Source: Acidimicrobiia bacterium
GTDB lineage: Bacteria; Actinomycetota; Acidimicrobiia; Spongiisociales; UBA11373
Assembly (NCBI GenBank): GCA_040878325.1
Contig: JBBDMM010000014.1
Span: 1 to 56,747 of the forward strand
Direction: 5' to 3'
Length of the DNA stretch: 56,747 nucleotides
Shown: positions 8,679 to 17,526 of the stretch, piece by piece
How positions within the stretch are numbered: the first letter of the stretch is position 1
How the letters are laid out: every line of letters begins with the position of its first letter
The notes under the pieces: generated by a model
Database searches by the model: none
What the model was told of the DNA's origin: nothing
Seen by the model: only the letters and a program-made list of their open reading frames with translations
Translations under genes and position numbers: made by a program

Positions 8679-9443
8679 CTACGGGGTGGTGCCGGGCGGG
8701 CCGGCGTCGTCCGGAGGATCCGGCGGAATGTCGGGGGGGCCGGCGTCGTCCGAAGGATCCGGCTTGTCGTTGGGCGGGCCAGGCTGTTCGACGGGCGGGC
8801 CCGAGGTGTCGTCTCCAGGCGTCCCGTCCGGCGGTCCACCAGGAGTGCTGTCGGGTGGGCCGGGATTCTCGTCGGGTGGTCCGGAGTCGCCGTCGGCTTC
8901 CCCGATCGCCCCGGCCAACTCGGCCACCCTCAGACCGTCAACCGCATCGATATTGTCCGACAGATAGGTGAGCAGGTCGGCAACGCCAACGGGTGGGCCG
9001 GTGTCGCCCACCGCCGCAATCCGGTCGGCGGCGGCCAGCAGGGCGAGGCGGGCGGCTTCGCTGCCGGCATCGTCCGCTTCACCCAATAGGGATTCGGTGG
9101 CGTGCTGGAGTCCGCGCACGGTGTCGCCGCGTTCTATCAGGGCGGTGACCTCGCCGAGTCGCTCCGCACTTCCGCCGCTGCCGAGGCCGACCCGCTCGAG
9201 AGCGCGATCGACGCCGTAGAGGAAGTCACCGGGTGCCGATCCATTGGCGGCGAACGCCACCCCGCCCAACCCGCCGAACGCCAGGGTGATCGAGGCGGCG
9301 ACGGTGGCAAGACGCGTCCGGAGTCGACCGGCGAGCCGGGGCCGCAAACCGAGGGCGACGGCCCTTTCAGTGAGGTCGGTGAATACAGCCCGGTCGGCTT
9401 CTGAACGAAGCTCCGAAACCATGCGATCAATCGGATCCAACAT
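8679..9443 (-). CDS. Putative anti-sigma-like single-pass membrane protein with a DUF5667-like motif and a Pro/Gly/Asp-rich tail
   Basis: Short cytoplasmic N-terminus, TM, then APGDFLYGVDRALE, which resembles the PGDxLYxxxRxxE motif of DUF5667. GPP-rich repeats. Adjacent to the ECF gene. Confidence 0.55.
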   Translation of the reverse strand: MLDPIDRMVSELRSEADRAVFTDLTERAVALGLRPRLAGRLRTRLATVAASITLAFGGLGGVAFAANGSAPGDFLYGVDRALERVGLGSGGSAERLGEVTALIERGDTVRGLQHATESLLGEADDAGSEAARLALLAAADRIAAVGDTGPPVGVADLLTYLSDNIDAVDGLRVAELAGAIGEADGDSGPPDENPGPPDSTPGGPPDGTPGDDTSGPPVEQPGPPNDKPDPSDDAGPPDIPPDPPDDAGPPGTTP

Positions 9444-9467
9444 TGCGCTCCCCGGAGTGTCGCCTGT

Positions 9468-9495
9468 TAATCGTCGCAGAAGGCGAGATCGATAC
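9468..9495 (-). promoter_or_regulatory. Candidate ECF promoter GTATCG-N16-CGATTA
   Basis: Upstream of 8679-9443; matches ATACCC-N16-CGGTTA at 34837-34864 upstream of the other anti-sigma-like gene. Confidence 0.4.
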
Positions 9496-9733
9496 GGGGG
9501 AATCGCGGGTCAGTCGTTCCCCCGTCCGAGGATGCCGCCGCGCTCGTCTTCCACTCCTTCGTACTGAACCAGTGGGCACCCGGGGACCGCACCCGCCTCG
9601 ATGATCTGCTCGGCGGCTGGGCACCGCCCACTACCACGGGGTGTGGCTGCGGTGGGACGGCTAGTCCAGCCTGTCGCTCGGCCAACGCCTGGCAATCCCC
9701 TGATCGCACCATCTCCACCGATACCCTCCGGGA

Positions 9734-10996
9734 ATGCGGTCCCGACGGATTTCGCTCGGCGCGGCGGTGGTGCTCCTCGCTCTGGCTGCCACCCCGGCGA
9801 GCGCCGGTGAGCCGATCGACTGCGGCTCGGTAGAACCCGCACCGGGCACCCGTCCCCCACCGCTCGACGGCGACTTTCTGCTCCTCAACTACGACGACTT
9901 CGAGGCTGGCATCTCCTCGCTATCGATCTGGGACCTCGACACCTTGGCCGAGGCGATCGACCTCACCGGCGATTTCGGCTTTCAGGCGTTCGACGGGGCG
10001 TGGTCCCCCGTCGGGGACCAGATTGCTTATTCATCCGACGAATCCGGTCTCCCGATGATCTGGGTGATCGATGTCGACGGCACCGACCGTCGCCAGGTCA
10101 CTCGGACCTTCGGCACATCGCCCGACTGGTCACCCGACGGGCTGACCATCGCCTTCAGCGGGTCCGGCGGCCTGTGGTTCGTGGACGCCCGGGGATGCGG
10201 CGAGCGGCTGGTCTTCGAGACTGACAAGGGAATCCACGATGTCGAGTGGATGCCCGACGGATCGGCGATCGTGCTCGAGATGAGTGAGCCCGAGGGCGTG
10301 CCGATCCAGATCTACTCGCTGAGCATGCCGGGATTCGAGTTGACGCAACTAACCGATGAGGGGTCGAGCATCGAACCCGCCCTGTCGCTCGACGGCCGCT
10401 TCATCTTCTTCCGCACCACCGGCCGTGATGTCGACCAAACGGTCTTCGTGATGAACGCCGACGGTTCCCTTCAGCGCCCCTTGTACGACCTCGGGCTCAC
10501 CAACGACTTCCACCCTGCCGTCTCACCCACGGGCGACCGGGTAGCCTTCGAGTCCATTCGCGACTCGGCCAGCGCGCTCGTCATTTTGTCGGTCGACGGT
10601 TCGGTCACCGATCTGGTCGTTTCCCCCTTCGAGGAGCCTCGCTACCGCGACCCGGTCTGGTACCACGGGGTAACCGCCACCGAGCACCCCAGCCCGGGAA
10701 CCGAGACCACGACGACGACGGCCGGCGAAGACGCCACCACCACCTCGGCTGCTCCCGTCACCACGACTGCGGCGTCGCCCGGCGCGACGACCACCACCGC
10801 TGCGGCCGCGACCACCACCGTGGGCGCCGCCGGACCAGCCGACCCGAAGGGAGGCGTGCCGGCCCTCGTCTGGATCCTGATAGGGGCGCTCGTGCTGACC
10901 GGGGCCTTCGTCGGCGGCATCGCGTATGCCGGCCGCCGGGAATCGCACCGACCCGCTCCCCCGCCCCCACCGCCGCCACCACCTCCTGAGGGCTGA
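9734..10996 (+). CDS. Secreted TolB-like (PD40) beta-propeller protein with a Thr-rich linker and a C-terminal TM anchor
   Basis: Signal peptide; repeated WSPxG/WSPDG/WMPDG/VSPTG blades; T/A-rich linker; TM; poly-Pro tail. Confidence 0.85.
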   Translation: MRSRRISLGAAVVLLALAATPASAGEPIDCGSVEPAPGTRPPPLDGDFLLLNYDDFEAGISSLSIWDLDTLAEAIDLTGDFGFQAFDGAWSPVGDQIAYSSDESGLPMIWVIDVDGTDRRQVTRTFGTSPDWSPDGLTIAFSGSGGLWFVDARGCGERLVFETDKGIHDVEWMPDGSAIVLEMSEPEGVPIQIYSLSMPGFELTQLTDEGSSIEPALSLDGRFIFFRTTGRDVDQTVFVMNADGSLQRPLYDLGLTNDFHPAVSPTGDRVAFESIRDSASALVILSVDGSVTDLVVSPFEEPRYRDPVWYHGVTATEHPSPGTETTTTTAGEDATTTSAAPVTTTAASPGATTTTAAAATTTVGAAGPADPKGGVPALVWILIGALVLTGAFVGGIAYAGRRESHRPAPPPPPPPPPPEG

Positions 10997-11020
10997 TCCG
11001 CCTCGTCGACCTGACCTCCA

Positions 11021-11209
11021 GTGACCAGGGTCGCGAAAGGCATCTCTGGGCGTCGCTGGTCGTTCCAATGGGACGCCACCCCCGGAGACCACGTACTCAC
11101 CAGCCGGGCGTTCGACGCCGACGGGGCGGCTCAGCCCGTAGCGCCTCCGTGGAACATCCAGGGCATGGGCAACAACCTGGTTCAGGAGGTCGCGGTTTCG
11201 GTGCGCTGA
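11021..11209 (+). pseudogene. C-terminal fragment of a sulfite oxidase-like molybdoenzyme (dimerisation domain)
   Basis: WSFQWDATPGDHVLTSRAFDADGAAQP...WNIQGMGNN matches the sulfite oxidase C-terminus; there is no room for the catalytic domain upstream. Confidence 0.7.
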
Positions 11210-11437
11210 GCACCCGCCAGCTGCTTCCTCGCGAAGCTCCGAAACCATGCGTCAGACGGATCCACTGTCGCCGTCCCGTAGGTCGCTGACCTCGGATCAT
11301 GAATCGGCGCAATCCGAATGGTCACGGCCAAGTAGCCGGGAAGGGCAAGGGGTTGGAACGGCAAAGGCCTTTCAGAGTCTGGGTGCAATCCTGCAGCAAG
11401 CATGAGTATTCTTTTCCGATTAATCCCAGGGGGGTCC

Positions 11438-12244
11438 ATGGCCACCACCAAGCCCATCAAGATCGAAGGGCCGACCGACCAGACGATTGAGCTTGGGAAC
11501 CAAGCGACACTCGAAGTATCCGTCACGGGTGGAACGGTCCCGTACAAGTATCAATGGTCTGAGAAGAACACCGAGAAGGAGACGACAGGAGAAGAAATCG
11601 GTTCCCCAGACGGGAACAAGCAGGCGTACGCCCCGCCCACTGCCAAAGAGGCTGTGACCAAGTGGTATCGAGTCAAAGTCACCGACAGCACGAAACCGAA
11701 AGCGAAAACTAAGTCGTCTCGATGGGCAAAGCTTGAGGTAACCACTCCTCCCGACCGAGAGCCCGTCTTCATCTGGAGCGACAGCTTCGCATCCAATGCC
11801 GGTCTCGTCGTCTCGTTTGCGTTCGTGCTGATGCTCATACCGATGTGGGTAGTCGCCTACTCGGTGCTAAGAACAGAAAACGTTGGGACGCACTTCCAAG
11901 GGGCGATAGCGGTCCAGTTGTTGATCGTTGGTGCATTCCTTGCCGCTGTGGCTGCATTCATGTCACTCATCGAACTCCGCGGACGGGGGGTCAGACTTGA
12001 CCAACTCGACAAGCTGGGGTCTTCGGCATGGGAAGCAATTCCCAAGGCGATGAGTGAATTTGCGAAACTCAAGACGACTGCGGCAGTAGGCATCCTCGCG
12101 ATCGCATGTCTCGTGATGGCCACCATGGTGACGTGGAAGAGTCTCGATGCAGCAAGCACCACAACGACCACAACCGTCGCACCTGTCTCAACAACGGTTC
12201 CCACCGACGACCCTACAACAACGCTTCCCCCCGAAACTCCATGA
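11438..12244 (+). CDS. Hypothetical membrane protein with an N-terminal Ig/PKD-like domain, three TMs and a Thr-rich tail
   Basis: LEVSVTGGTVPYKYQW and WYRVKVTDS are Ig-like strands; three hydrophobic segments; AGGGGGG SD before ATG 11438. Confidence 0.6.
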   Translation: MATTKPIKIEGPTDQTIELGNQATLEVSVTGGTVPYKYQWSEKNTEKETTGEEIGSPDGNKQAYAPPTAKEAVTKWYRVKVTDSTKPKAKTKSSRWAKLEVTTPPDREPVFIWSDSFASNAGLVVSFAFVLMLIPMWVVAYSVLRTENVGTHFQGAIAVQLLIVGAFLAAVAAFMSLIELRGRGVRLDQLDKLGSSAWEAIPKAMSEFAKLKTTAAVGILAIACLVMATMVTWKSLDAASTTTTTTVAPVSTTVPTDDPTTTLPPETP

Positions 12245-12256
12245 GCTAAGGCAGAC

Positions 12257-12787
12257 ATGCCTATACCCAAGTGCGTTCGCCTACACATTGCCGTCCTCGC
12301 GGAACCCGACGTATCCATCGATCAAATGGTCGAATCAGCCACGACGGTGCTATCCCACGCAGGAATCACACTGGTTCACGCTTCGACATTCGTCCTTGAG
12401 GACAACCCTCTGGCCGACCTCAGCATCGGAGACTGCTCTGCGCGCGCCAGTCTCACCGATGACCATCGAGAACTCCTTTCGATTCGGGATTCTGCCGCTA
12501 GCGACGAAATCGTCGTCTTCTTCGTTAGAACGACGACGCCGCCTCTCGACGGCTGCGCTCTGCACATGGATTTCCCGGCGGCGATCGTTACGAGGTTTGC
12601 CCCAATCTTGACGCTCGCTCACGAACTGGGACACATTCTTGGGCTCGAGCATGCGGACGATATCAACCGGCTGATGTACCGTTCAGCCAGCAGGATCAAT
12701 CCCCCCCCGACCGTGACCGACGATGAGCAGAAAACGATGAAGAGGAGCCGTTGGGCGCTCGCCTGTGAGGAACGAACCCATGCGTGA
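12257..12787 (+). CDS. Metzincin-type zinc metallopeptidase
   Basis: TLAHELGHILGLEH (HExxHxxGxxH) followed by the Met-turn NRLM; no signal peptide. Confidence 0.8.
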   Translation: MPIPKCVRLHIAVLAEPDVSIDQMVESATTVLSHAGITLVHASTFVLEDNPLADLSIGDCSARASLTDDHRELLSIRDSAASDEIVVFFVRTTTPPLDGCALHMDFPAAIVTRFAPILTLAHELGHILGLEHADDINRLMYRSASRINPPPTVTDDEQKTMKRSRWALACEERTHA

Positions 12788-13229
12788 TGAAATCCTGGAG
12801 CTTCTTGAACACGTCGAGCTCGATTACTCCGCTGCCGCCTCAAACCTCGGGGCGGAAGCATTGCCCGAGTTGATGTCCATCGTGCAAGGTGATGACCCCA
12901 GGCTGGCTGCCCGAGCGGCATATCTCGCCAGCCGCCTTGATGTCCCTGGCAGGGCAGCCGTACTACAGGCGGCGAGCAAAAATACACGCGCTGAAGTCCG
13001 AATTGCGGCCGCCGCTGGATGGGCAAACCTGAAGTCCGTCGTAGCGTACGAACCCCGATCGAAAGGGAGAGACGCCGAACCATTGGACGCGAGAGAGGCC
13101 GAACCCTTCGTCTATCCGGAGATCGCGGCCCTTCTGAAAGATGCGGATCCCGGTGTCAGACGCGCCATGAAGCGTTCCCTTGAGCAGTCCAAACCCCAAT
13201 CCGACGGGGCCGGTGAGCCGCGGACATGA
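12780..13229 (+). CDS. HEAT-repeat-like protein
   Basis: LGAEALPEL, DDPRLAARAAY, AEVRIAAAA, LLKDADPGVRR; overlaps the peptidase stop. Confidence 0.7.
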   Translation: MRDEILELLEHVELDYSAAASNLGAEALPELMSIVQGDDPRLAARAAYLASRLDVPGRAAVLQAASKNTRAEVRIAAAAGWANLKSVVAYEPRSKGRDAEPLDAREAEPFVYPEIAALLKDADPGVRRAMKRSLEQSKPQSDGAGEPRT

Positions 13230-13311
13230 AGCAGCGGCTCAGATGGCAACGGCCACACACGGAATCAGGCATCGCGCAATCATCAAACGCCCCCTGGGCG
13301 GCAATTGGAGA

Positions 13312-14172
13312 TCAAGACCTTCGCGCCGCCTCCACCCGCTGCTGTGCGATCTCGACATACGCCGGCTGGTTGTCGTAGCCGATGAAGTGACGGCCGGTCT
13401 CGACGGCGGCCACTGCGGTGGAGCCCGAGCCCATGAAGGGGTCGAGCACCAGGTCACCCTCGAAGGTGTATAGCTCGATCAGGCGGCGGGGCAGCTCGAC
13501 AGGGAACGGGGCGGGATGGCCCAGGCGGCGGGCCGAGGCGGGTTTGATGTTCCACACCGAGGTGGTGGCGGCGAGGAACTCGTCCTTGGTGATCGAGTCG
13601 GGGCCGACCCGGGCCCGGCTGTACGACCCCTTCGACGCCACCAGAACGTACTCGTGGACATCGCGCAAGGTGGGGTTCTTCGCCGATCGCCACGAGCCCC
13701 AGGCGCACGAGCCGCCGGCACCGGCGGCCTTCACCCACACGATCTCCCCGCGCATCAGAAAGCCGATGTCGTGCATTAGCCCGGCGACGTGGTGGTTGAG
13801 CGGCAGGTAGGGCTTTCGCCCCAGGTTGGCGACATTCACCGCCGCCCGGCCACCCGGCTCGAGCACCCGGTAGGTCTCCTTCAGCACCCGGTGGAGCAGG
13901 TCGAGGTAGTCGGCCAGAGAGAGGTCCTCGTCGTACTCCTTGCCCACGTTGTAGGGCGGTGAGGTGATCATCAGGGCGACGCAGTCGTCGGGGACGATCT
14001 CCATCACCTCCGACGAACCGCAGATCAGCTGGTCGAGAATATCCACAGGCACCGGCTGGGGCTCTCCGAGGACGGTCTCCGGGGCGTGGTCGAGCAGACG
14101 GCGGCGATAGAACGCCGAGGCGTCGTGGCTCTCCCTCTTACCTGCGCCGAAACTGGCGGTCTCCGTCGCCAC
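13312..14172 (-). CDS. Site-specific DNA methyltransferase (N4-C/N6-A, beta class), apparently orphan
   Basis: Catalytic TSPPY precedes HPAPFP and SAM-binding DPFMGSG. GTG at 14172 has a GGGAGG SD. Confidence 0.92.
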   Translation of the reverse strand: MATETASFGAGKRESHDASAFYRRRLLDHAPETVLGEPQPVPVDILDQLICGSSEVMEIVPDDCVALMITSPPYNVGKEYDEDLSLADYLDLLHRVLKETYRVLEPGGRAAVNVANLGRKPYLPLNHHVAGLMHDIGFLMRGEIVWVKAAGAGGSCAWGSWRSAKNPTLRDVHEYVLVASKGSYSRARVGPDSITKDEFLAATTSVWNIKPASARRLGHPAPFPVELPRRLIELYTFEGDLVLDPFMGSGSTAVAAVETGRHFIGYDNQPAYVEIAQQRVEAARRS

Positions 14173-14339
14173 CGCGCGTGACCTCCCGATGCGAAGAGTC
14201 ACCCTATCAACTTGTCCACAGGGTGTTGGGGATTCAAGAGGGGGGCGTCGCATTCGCGCCGCCCCCGCGATTGGCGATTGGCGATTCGACAGACGCTTGA
14301 GCCGTCACCCAGGGTCAGGGCGGGCTACTTGCTACGTCT

Positions 14340-14501
14340 TCACGCCGACTTGCTGAGTTCGGTGGCTACCGGGGACTCCACGTGGGCGTCCTGGATCAAG
14401 GCGATGATCTCCTGCCAATCGGCGTTGATGGCGCAATTGCCGCAGAACATGGTCTCGCCACGCTTGACGACCGCATCTCCGCCGCACTGAGTGCATTCCA
14501 T
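14340..14501 (-). CDS. Small zinc-ribbon protein (53 aa, absent from the ORF track)
   Basis: Hand translation: MECTQCGGDAVVKRGETMFCGNCAINADWQEIIALIQDAHVESPVATELSKSA. CxxC-x13-CxxC, GC-rich third positions, fills an otherwise empty gap. Confidence 0.7.
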   Translation of the reverse strand: MECTQCGGDAVVKRGETMFCGNCAINADWQEIIALIQDAHVESPVATELSKSA

Positions 14502-14539
14502 ACGAAGGGGTTTCGGTCGAAGTCGCGCCCTTCATAAGC

Positions 14540-14608
14540 AAAAAGAAGAATGGTGCGGAAGAGCGAAAGGCGAAACCCGGCGTTCGCGTCCGAGACTCAA
14601 CGCCATTC
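14540..14608 (-). terminator. Possible intrinsic terminator downstream of the Fe-S oxidoreductase
   Basis: Imperfect stem GAATGGCG...CACCATTC followed by TTCTTTTT on the minus strand; the loop is large. Confidence 0.3.
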
Positions 14609-14640
14609 CTGCCTGGAGACTGGGGACTGGAGACTGGGTC

Positions 14641-16764
14641 TCAGCGCACCTGCTCGTCGAGCAGGGTGGCCAGGTCCTTCACTTGGACGTCGGCGCCGAG
14701 TTCCTTTACGCCGTCGTCGAGCATCACGAAGCAGAAGGGGCAGCCGGTGGCGATCACATCCGCCCCCGTCGCCAGGGCCTCCTCGGTGCGCTCGAGGTTG
14801 ACCCGCTTGCCTACCGACTCCTCCATCCACATCCGGGCCCCCCCGGCGCCGCAACAGAACGATCCGGTGCCGTTGCGAGGCATCTCCACCAGGTCGCCCG
14901 ACCGCTTCACCACTTCCCGCGGGGCGATGAACACGTCGTTGTGGCGGCCCAGGTAGCAGGGGTCGTGGAAGGTGATCGTCTGCCCGGTCTTCGCCTTCGG
15001 TTTGAGGCGGCCATCCTTCACCAGGCCCATGAGCACCTGGCTGTGGTGCATCACCTCGTACTCGCCGCCGAATTGGGGGTACTCGTTGGAGATGGTGTTG
15101 AAGCAATGCGGGCACTGGGTGATCACCTTGCTCACCCCGAGGTCGTTGAGTGTCTGGATGTTCTGCAGCGCCAACTGCTGGAACACGTACTCGTTGCCGG
15201 CGCGCCGGGCCGGGTCGCCGGTACACAGCTCCATCGGTCCGAGGATCGCAAAGTCGACCCCGGCCTCGTGGAGCAATCGGGCCGTCGACACGGTGGTCTT
15301 GCGATTCCGATCGTCGAACGACCCGGCGCAGCCCACCCAGTACAGATACTCGGCCGTGACGCCAGGGTCACCGAGACGCTTCACCTCGAAGTCGAGTTCC
15401 CTCGTCCAGTCGGCGCGCCCCTGCTGGCTGGAGCCGTAGGGATTCGACGAGTTCTCCAGACTGATGAACGTCTGGCCCAACTCCTGCGGAAAGTTCCCCT
15501 CCATCAGCGTCAGGTAGCGGCGCATGTCAAGGATCTTGTCCAGGATCTCGATGTCCACCGGGCAAACCTCGTCGCACGCCCGGCACGAGGTACAGGCCCA
15601 GACCTCCTCGGCGGTGATTCGCTCGAACACCGAGTCGGCGGTGACCGTGATCCCCCGGTCCACCCCCACCGGCGGGCTCACCGGCGGATTACCGGTCCGG
15701 GCCGCCACCTCCCCCAGCTTGAGGACGATCTCGCGCGGGTCGAGCGGCTTGCCCGTCTGGTTGGCAGGACACACCGAGGTGCACCGGCCGCAGACGGTGC
15801 AGGCGTCGGTGTCGAGCAGTTGCTTCCAGGTGAAGTCGGACACCTTCGACGCCCCGATCGTCTCGATCGTCTCGGCGGCTTCGACCAGGTTCGGCATCTC
15901 CCGCATCGCCCCCTTGTGGCGGTCACGGGGCGACAGCGCCATGTTGAGCGGGGAGGTGATCATGTGGCGCAGCTTCGTGGTGGGTATCGCCACCAACAGG
16001 GCGAGGAACGCCACCACATGGGCGACCCACAGACCCTGGTGGAGGCCCGATGCCGCCGACTCGGGGACCAATGCGCTCAGTGGGTAGGCGACGAACGACC
16101 AGGTCTCAAAGTCGGGGCGACCGTCCACGGTGATCCGGGCGGCTTCGACGGCGAAACCGGTGAGGCCGATCAAGAACAGTAGAGCCAGGTTGAAGGCATC
16201 CTCCGGCCGGGTCTTGGTGCGCAGCTTGCGGGGACGCAGCCCGTACCGCCTGCCGGCCGCCATCAACAGACCGCCGAGGAAAACCAGCCCGAACCCGTCG
16301 AGGATGGCCGAGTACCACTGATACACCGCCCCCTCGAGGAACTTCAGGTTGGCAGGGGCGAGGTGGTCGATCTCGAGGGTGACCGTGCCGAGGAACAGCA
16401 CGATGAACCCCGAATAGATGGCGAGGTGCATGAGGCCGGCGGCGCGGTCCTCGAACACCGACCGATGCGAGAGTCCCCGCTCCAACGCCCGGATCCGCTG
16501 CCACCACCGGTCGACCCGCTTCTCATCGGCGCCGCGCATCCAGTTCTTCGCCCGGACCGCAAAGAAGTAGGCGAACAGCGCCACGAAGATCGTCGACGCC
16601 ACATAGAAGAGCACGATCACCGGGTCGGGGATGTTCCCGAACACCACCCGCCCCACCTCGGGCTCGTGATCATCCGGAATCGAACCGCCCCACCACAGCA
16701 GGAGCACGCTCGCCGGGAGCAAGACGACCAGAGCCCAGACGATGCGAATGCTCCAGCGCTTCAT
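14641..16764 (-). CDS. Heterodisulfide-reductase-related membrane Fe-S oxidoreductase (FadF/YwjF-like)
   Basis: Multi-TM N-terminus, CTVCGRCTSVCP and CTSCRACDEVCP 4Fe-4S motifs, two CCG domains (YWVGC...ELCTGD...CPHC; HDPCY...CCGAGG...CPFC). The real start is probably ATG 16764. Confidence 0.9.
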   Translation of the reverse strand: MKRWSIRIVWALVVLLPASVLLLWWGGSIPDDHEPEVGRVVFGNIPDPVIVLFYVASTIFVALFAYFFAVRAKNWMRGADEKRVDRWWQRIRALERGLSHRSVFEDRAAGLMHLAIYSGFIVLFLGTVTLEIDHLAPANLKFLEGAVYQWYSAILDGFGLVFLGGLLMAAGRRYGLRPRKLRTKTRPEDAFNLALLFLIGLTGFAVEAARITVDGRPDFETWSFVAYPLSALVPESAASGLHQGLWVAHVVAFLALLVAIPTTKLRHMITSPLNMALSPRDRHKGAMREMPNLVEAAETIETIGASKVSDFTWKQLLDTDACTVCGRCTSVCPANQTGKPLDPREIVLKLGEVAARTGNPPVSPPVGVDRGITVTADSVFERITAEEVWACTSCRACDEVCPVDIEILDKILDMRRYLTLMEGNFPQELGQTFISLENSSNPYGSSQQGRADWTRELDFEVKRLGDPGVTAEYLYWVGCAGSFDDRNRKTTVSTARLLHEAGVDFAILGPMELCTGDPARRAGNEYVFQQLALQNIQTLNDLGVSKVITQCPHCFNTISNEYPQFGGEYEVMHHSQVLMGLVKDGRLKPKAKTGQTITFHDPCYLGRHNDVFIAPREVVKRSGDLVEMPRNGTGSFCCGAGGARMWMEESVGKRVNLERTEEALATGADVIATGCPFCFVMLDDGVKELGADVQVKDLATLLDEQVR

Positions 16765-16860
16765 TGGGACGGGAGTGTAAAGAGGGTCGGCCGCCTTCGG
16801 CGACCTCCCGCGATTGGCGATTGGCGGGAAGCATTTAGCGTTGGCGTGCTCGCTGGGTCC

Positions 16861-16929
16861 GCTGCCCCCTCCGTCACCGCCGAAGACGGCGGTGCCACCT
16901 CCCCCGCCGAAGACGGCGGAGGAGGACGC
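16861..16929 (-). repeat. Full unit of the palindromic repeat family
   Basis: The reverse complement GCGTCCTCCTCCGCCGTCTTCGGCGGGGGAGGTG...GACGGAGGGGGCAGC matches the units at 31165-31230 and 31367-31440. Confidence 0.85.
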
Positions 16930-16965
16930 ACGTGGGGCAGGCCGTCGGCCGTTAGCCTCCCCCGG

Positions 16966-17508
16966 ATGCGCCCCCTCGATCGGTTGTTGCAGCGGTGGCG
17001 GATTCGCAAGGCGTTGCCTTGGGTGCGGGCCGGGGATCGGCTGCTCGACATCGGTTGCTACGACCGCAGCCTGATCGACCGGGTCGGCGATCGGGTCGTC
17101 AGCGCCGTCGGGGTGGATGTGGATGTTGCTCCGGCCGACGATGGCAAAGTCCGCCTCCTCAAGGGCCGTTTCCCTGATGATTTCTCGTTCGACCCCGGAT
17201 CGTTCGATTGCGTCACCTGCCTGGCGGTGCTCGAGCACGTCGAGGATCCCGACGCCTTCGCCAACGCCTGCCACCGGGTGCTCTCCAGCGGGGGGAGGGC
17301 AGTGCTGACCGTGCCGCACCCATTCGTCGATCGAATCCTCGCGGTGCTGGTGTTCCTGCGCCTGATCAGGGGGATGCACGTCGAGGAGCACCACGGTTTC
17401 GAGGTCGCTGAGACGGTGCCGATATTCCAGTGCGCCGGCTTCCGGCTGTTGAAGCGGCGCCGATTCCAACTCGGCCTGAACCACCTGTTCGTCTTCGAGA
17501 AGCCCTAG
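16966..17508 (+). CDS. Class I SAM-dependent methyltransferase
   Basis: LLDIGC, FDCVTCLAVLEHV, RVLSSGGRAVLTVP. TAGCCT -10 element 7 nt before ATG 16966. Confidence 0.85.
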   Translation: MRPLDRLLQRWRIRKALPWVRAGDRLLDIGCYDRSLIDRVGDRVVSAVGVDVDVAPADDGKVRLLKGRFPDDFSFDPGSFDCVTCLAVLEHVEDPDAFANACHRVLSSGGRAVLTVPHPFVDRILAVLVFLRLIRGMHVEEHHGFEVAETVPIFQCAGFRLLKRRRFQLGLNHLFVFEKP

Positions 17509-17526
17509 CGATCCATGCGGGCGAGT

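Noticed and set aside
9500..9730. Small ORFs between the anti-sigma-like gene and the TolB-like gene
   Set aside because: No recognisable motif or convincing start; the region probably holds divergent promoters.
13312..14172. Restriction-modification pair of the methyltransferase with the DUF559 nuclease
   Set aside because: The genes are about 37 kb apart and nothing links them; the MTase is an N4/N6 type, not the 5mC type associated with Vsr.
16765..17484. 240-aa N-terminal extension of the Fe-S oxidoreductase
   Set aside because: It runs through a palindromic repeat and antisense to the methyltransferase; ATG 16764 with an upstream TACACT is a better start.
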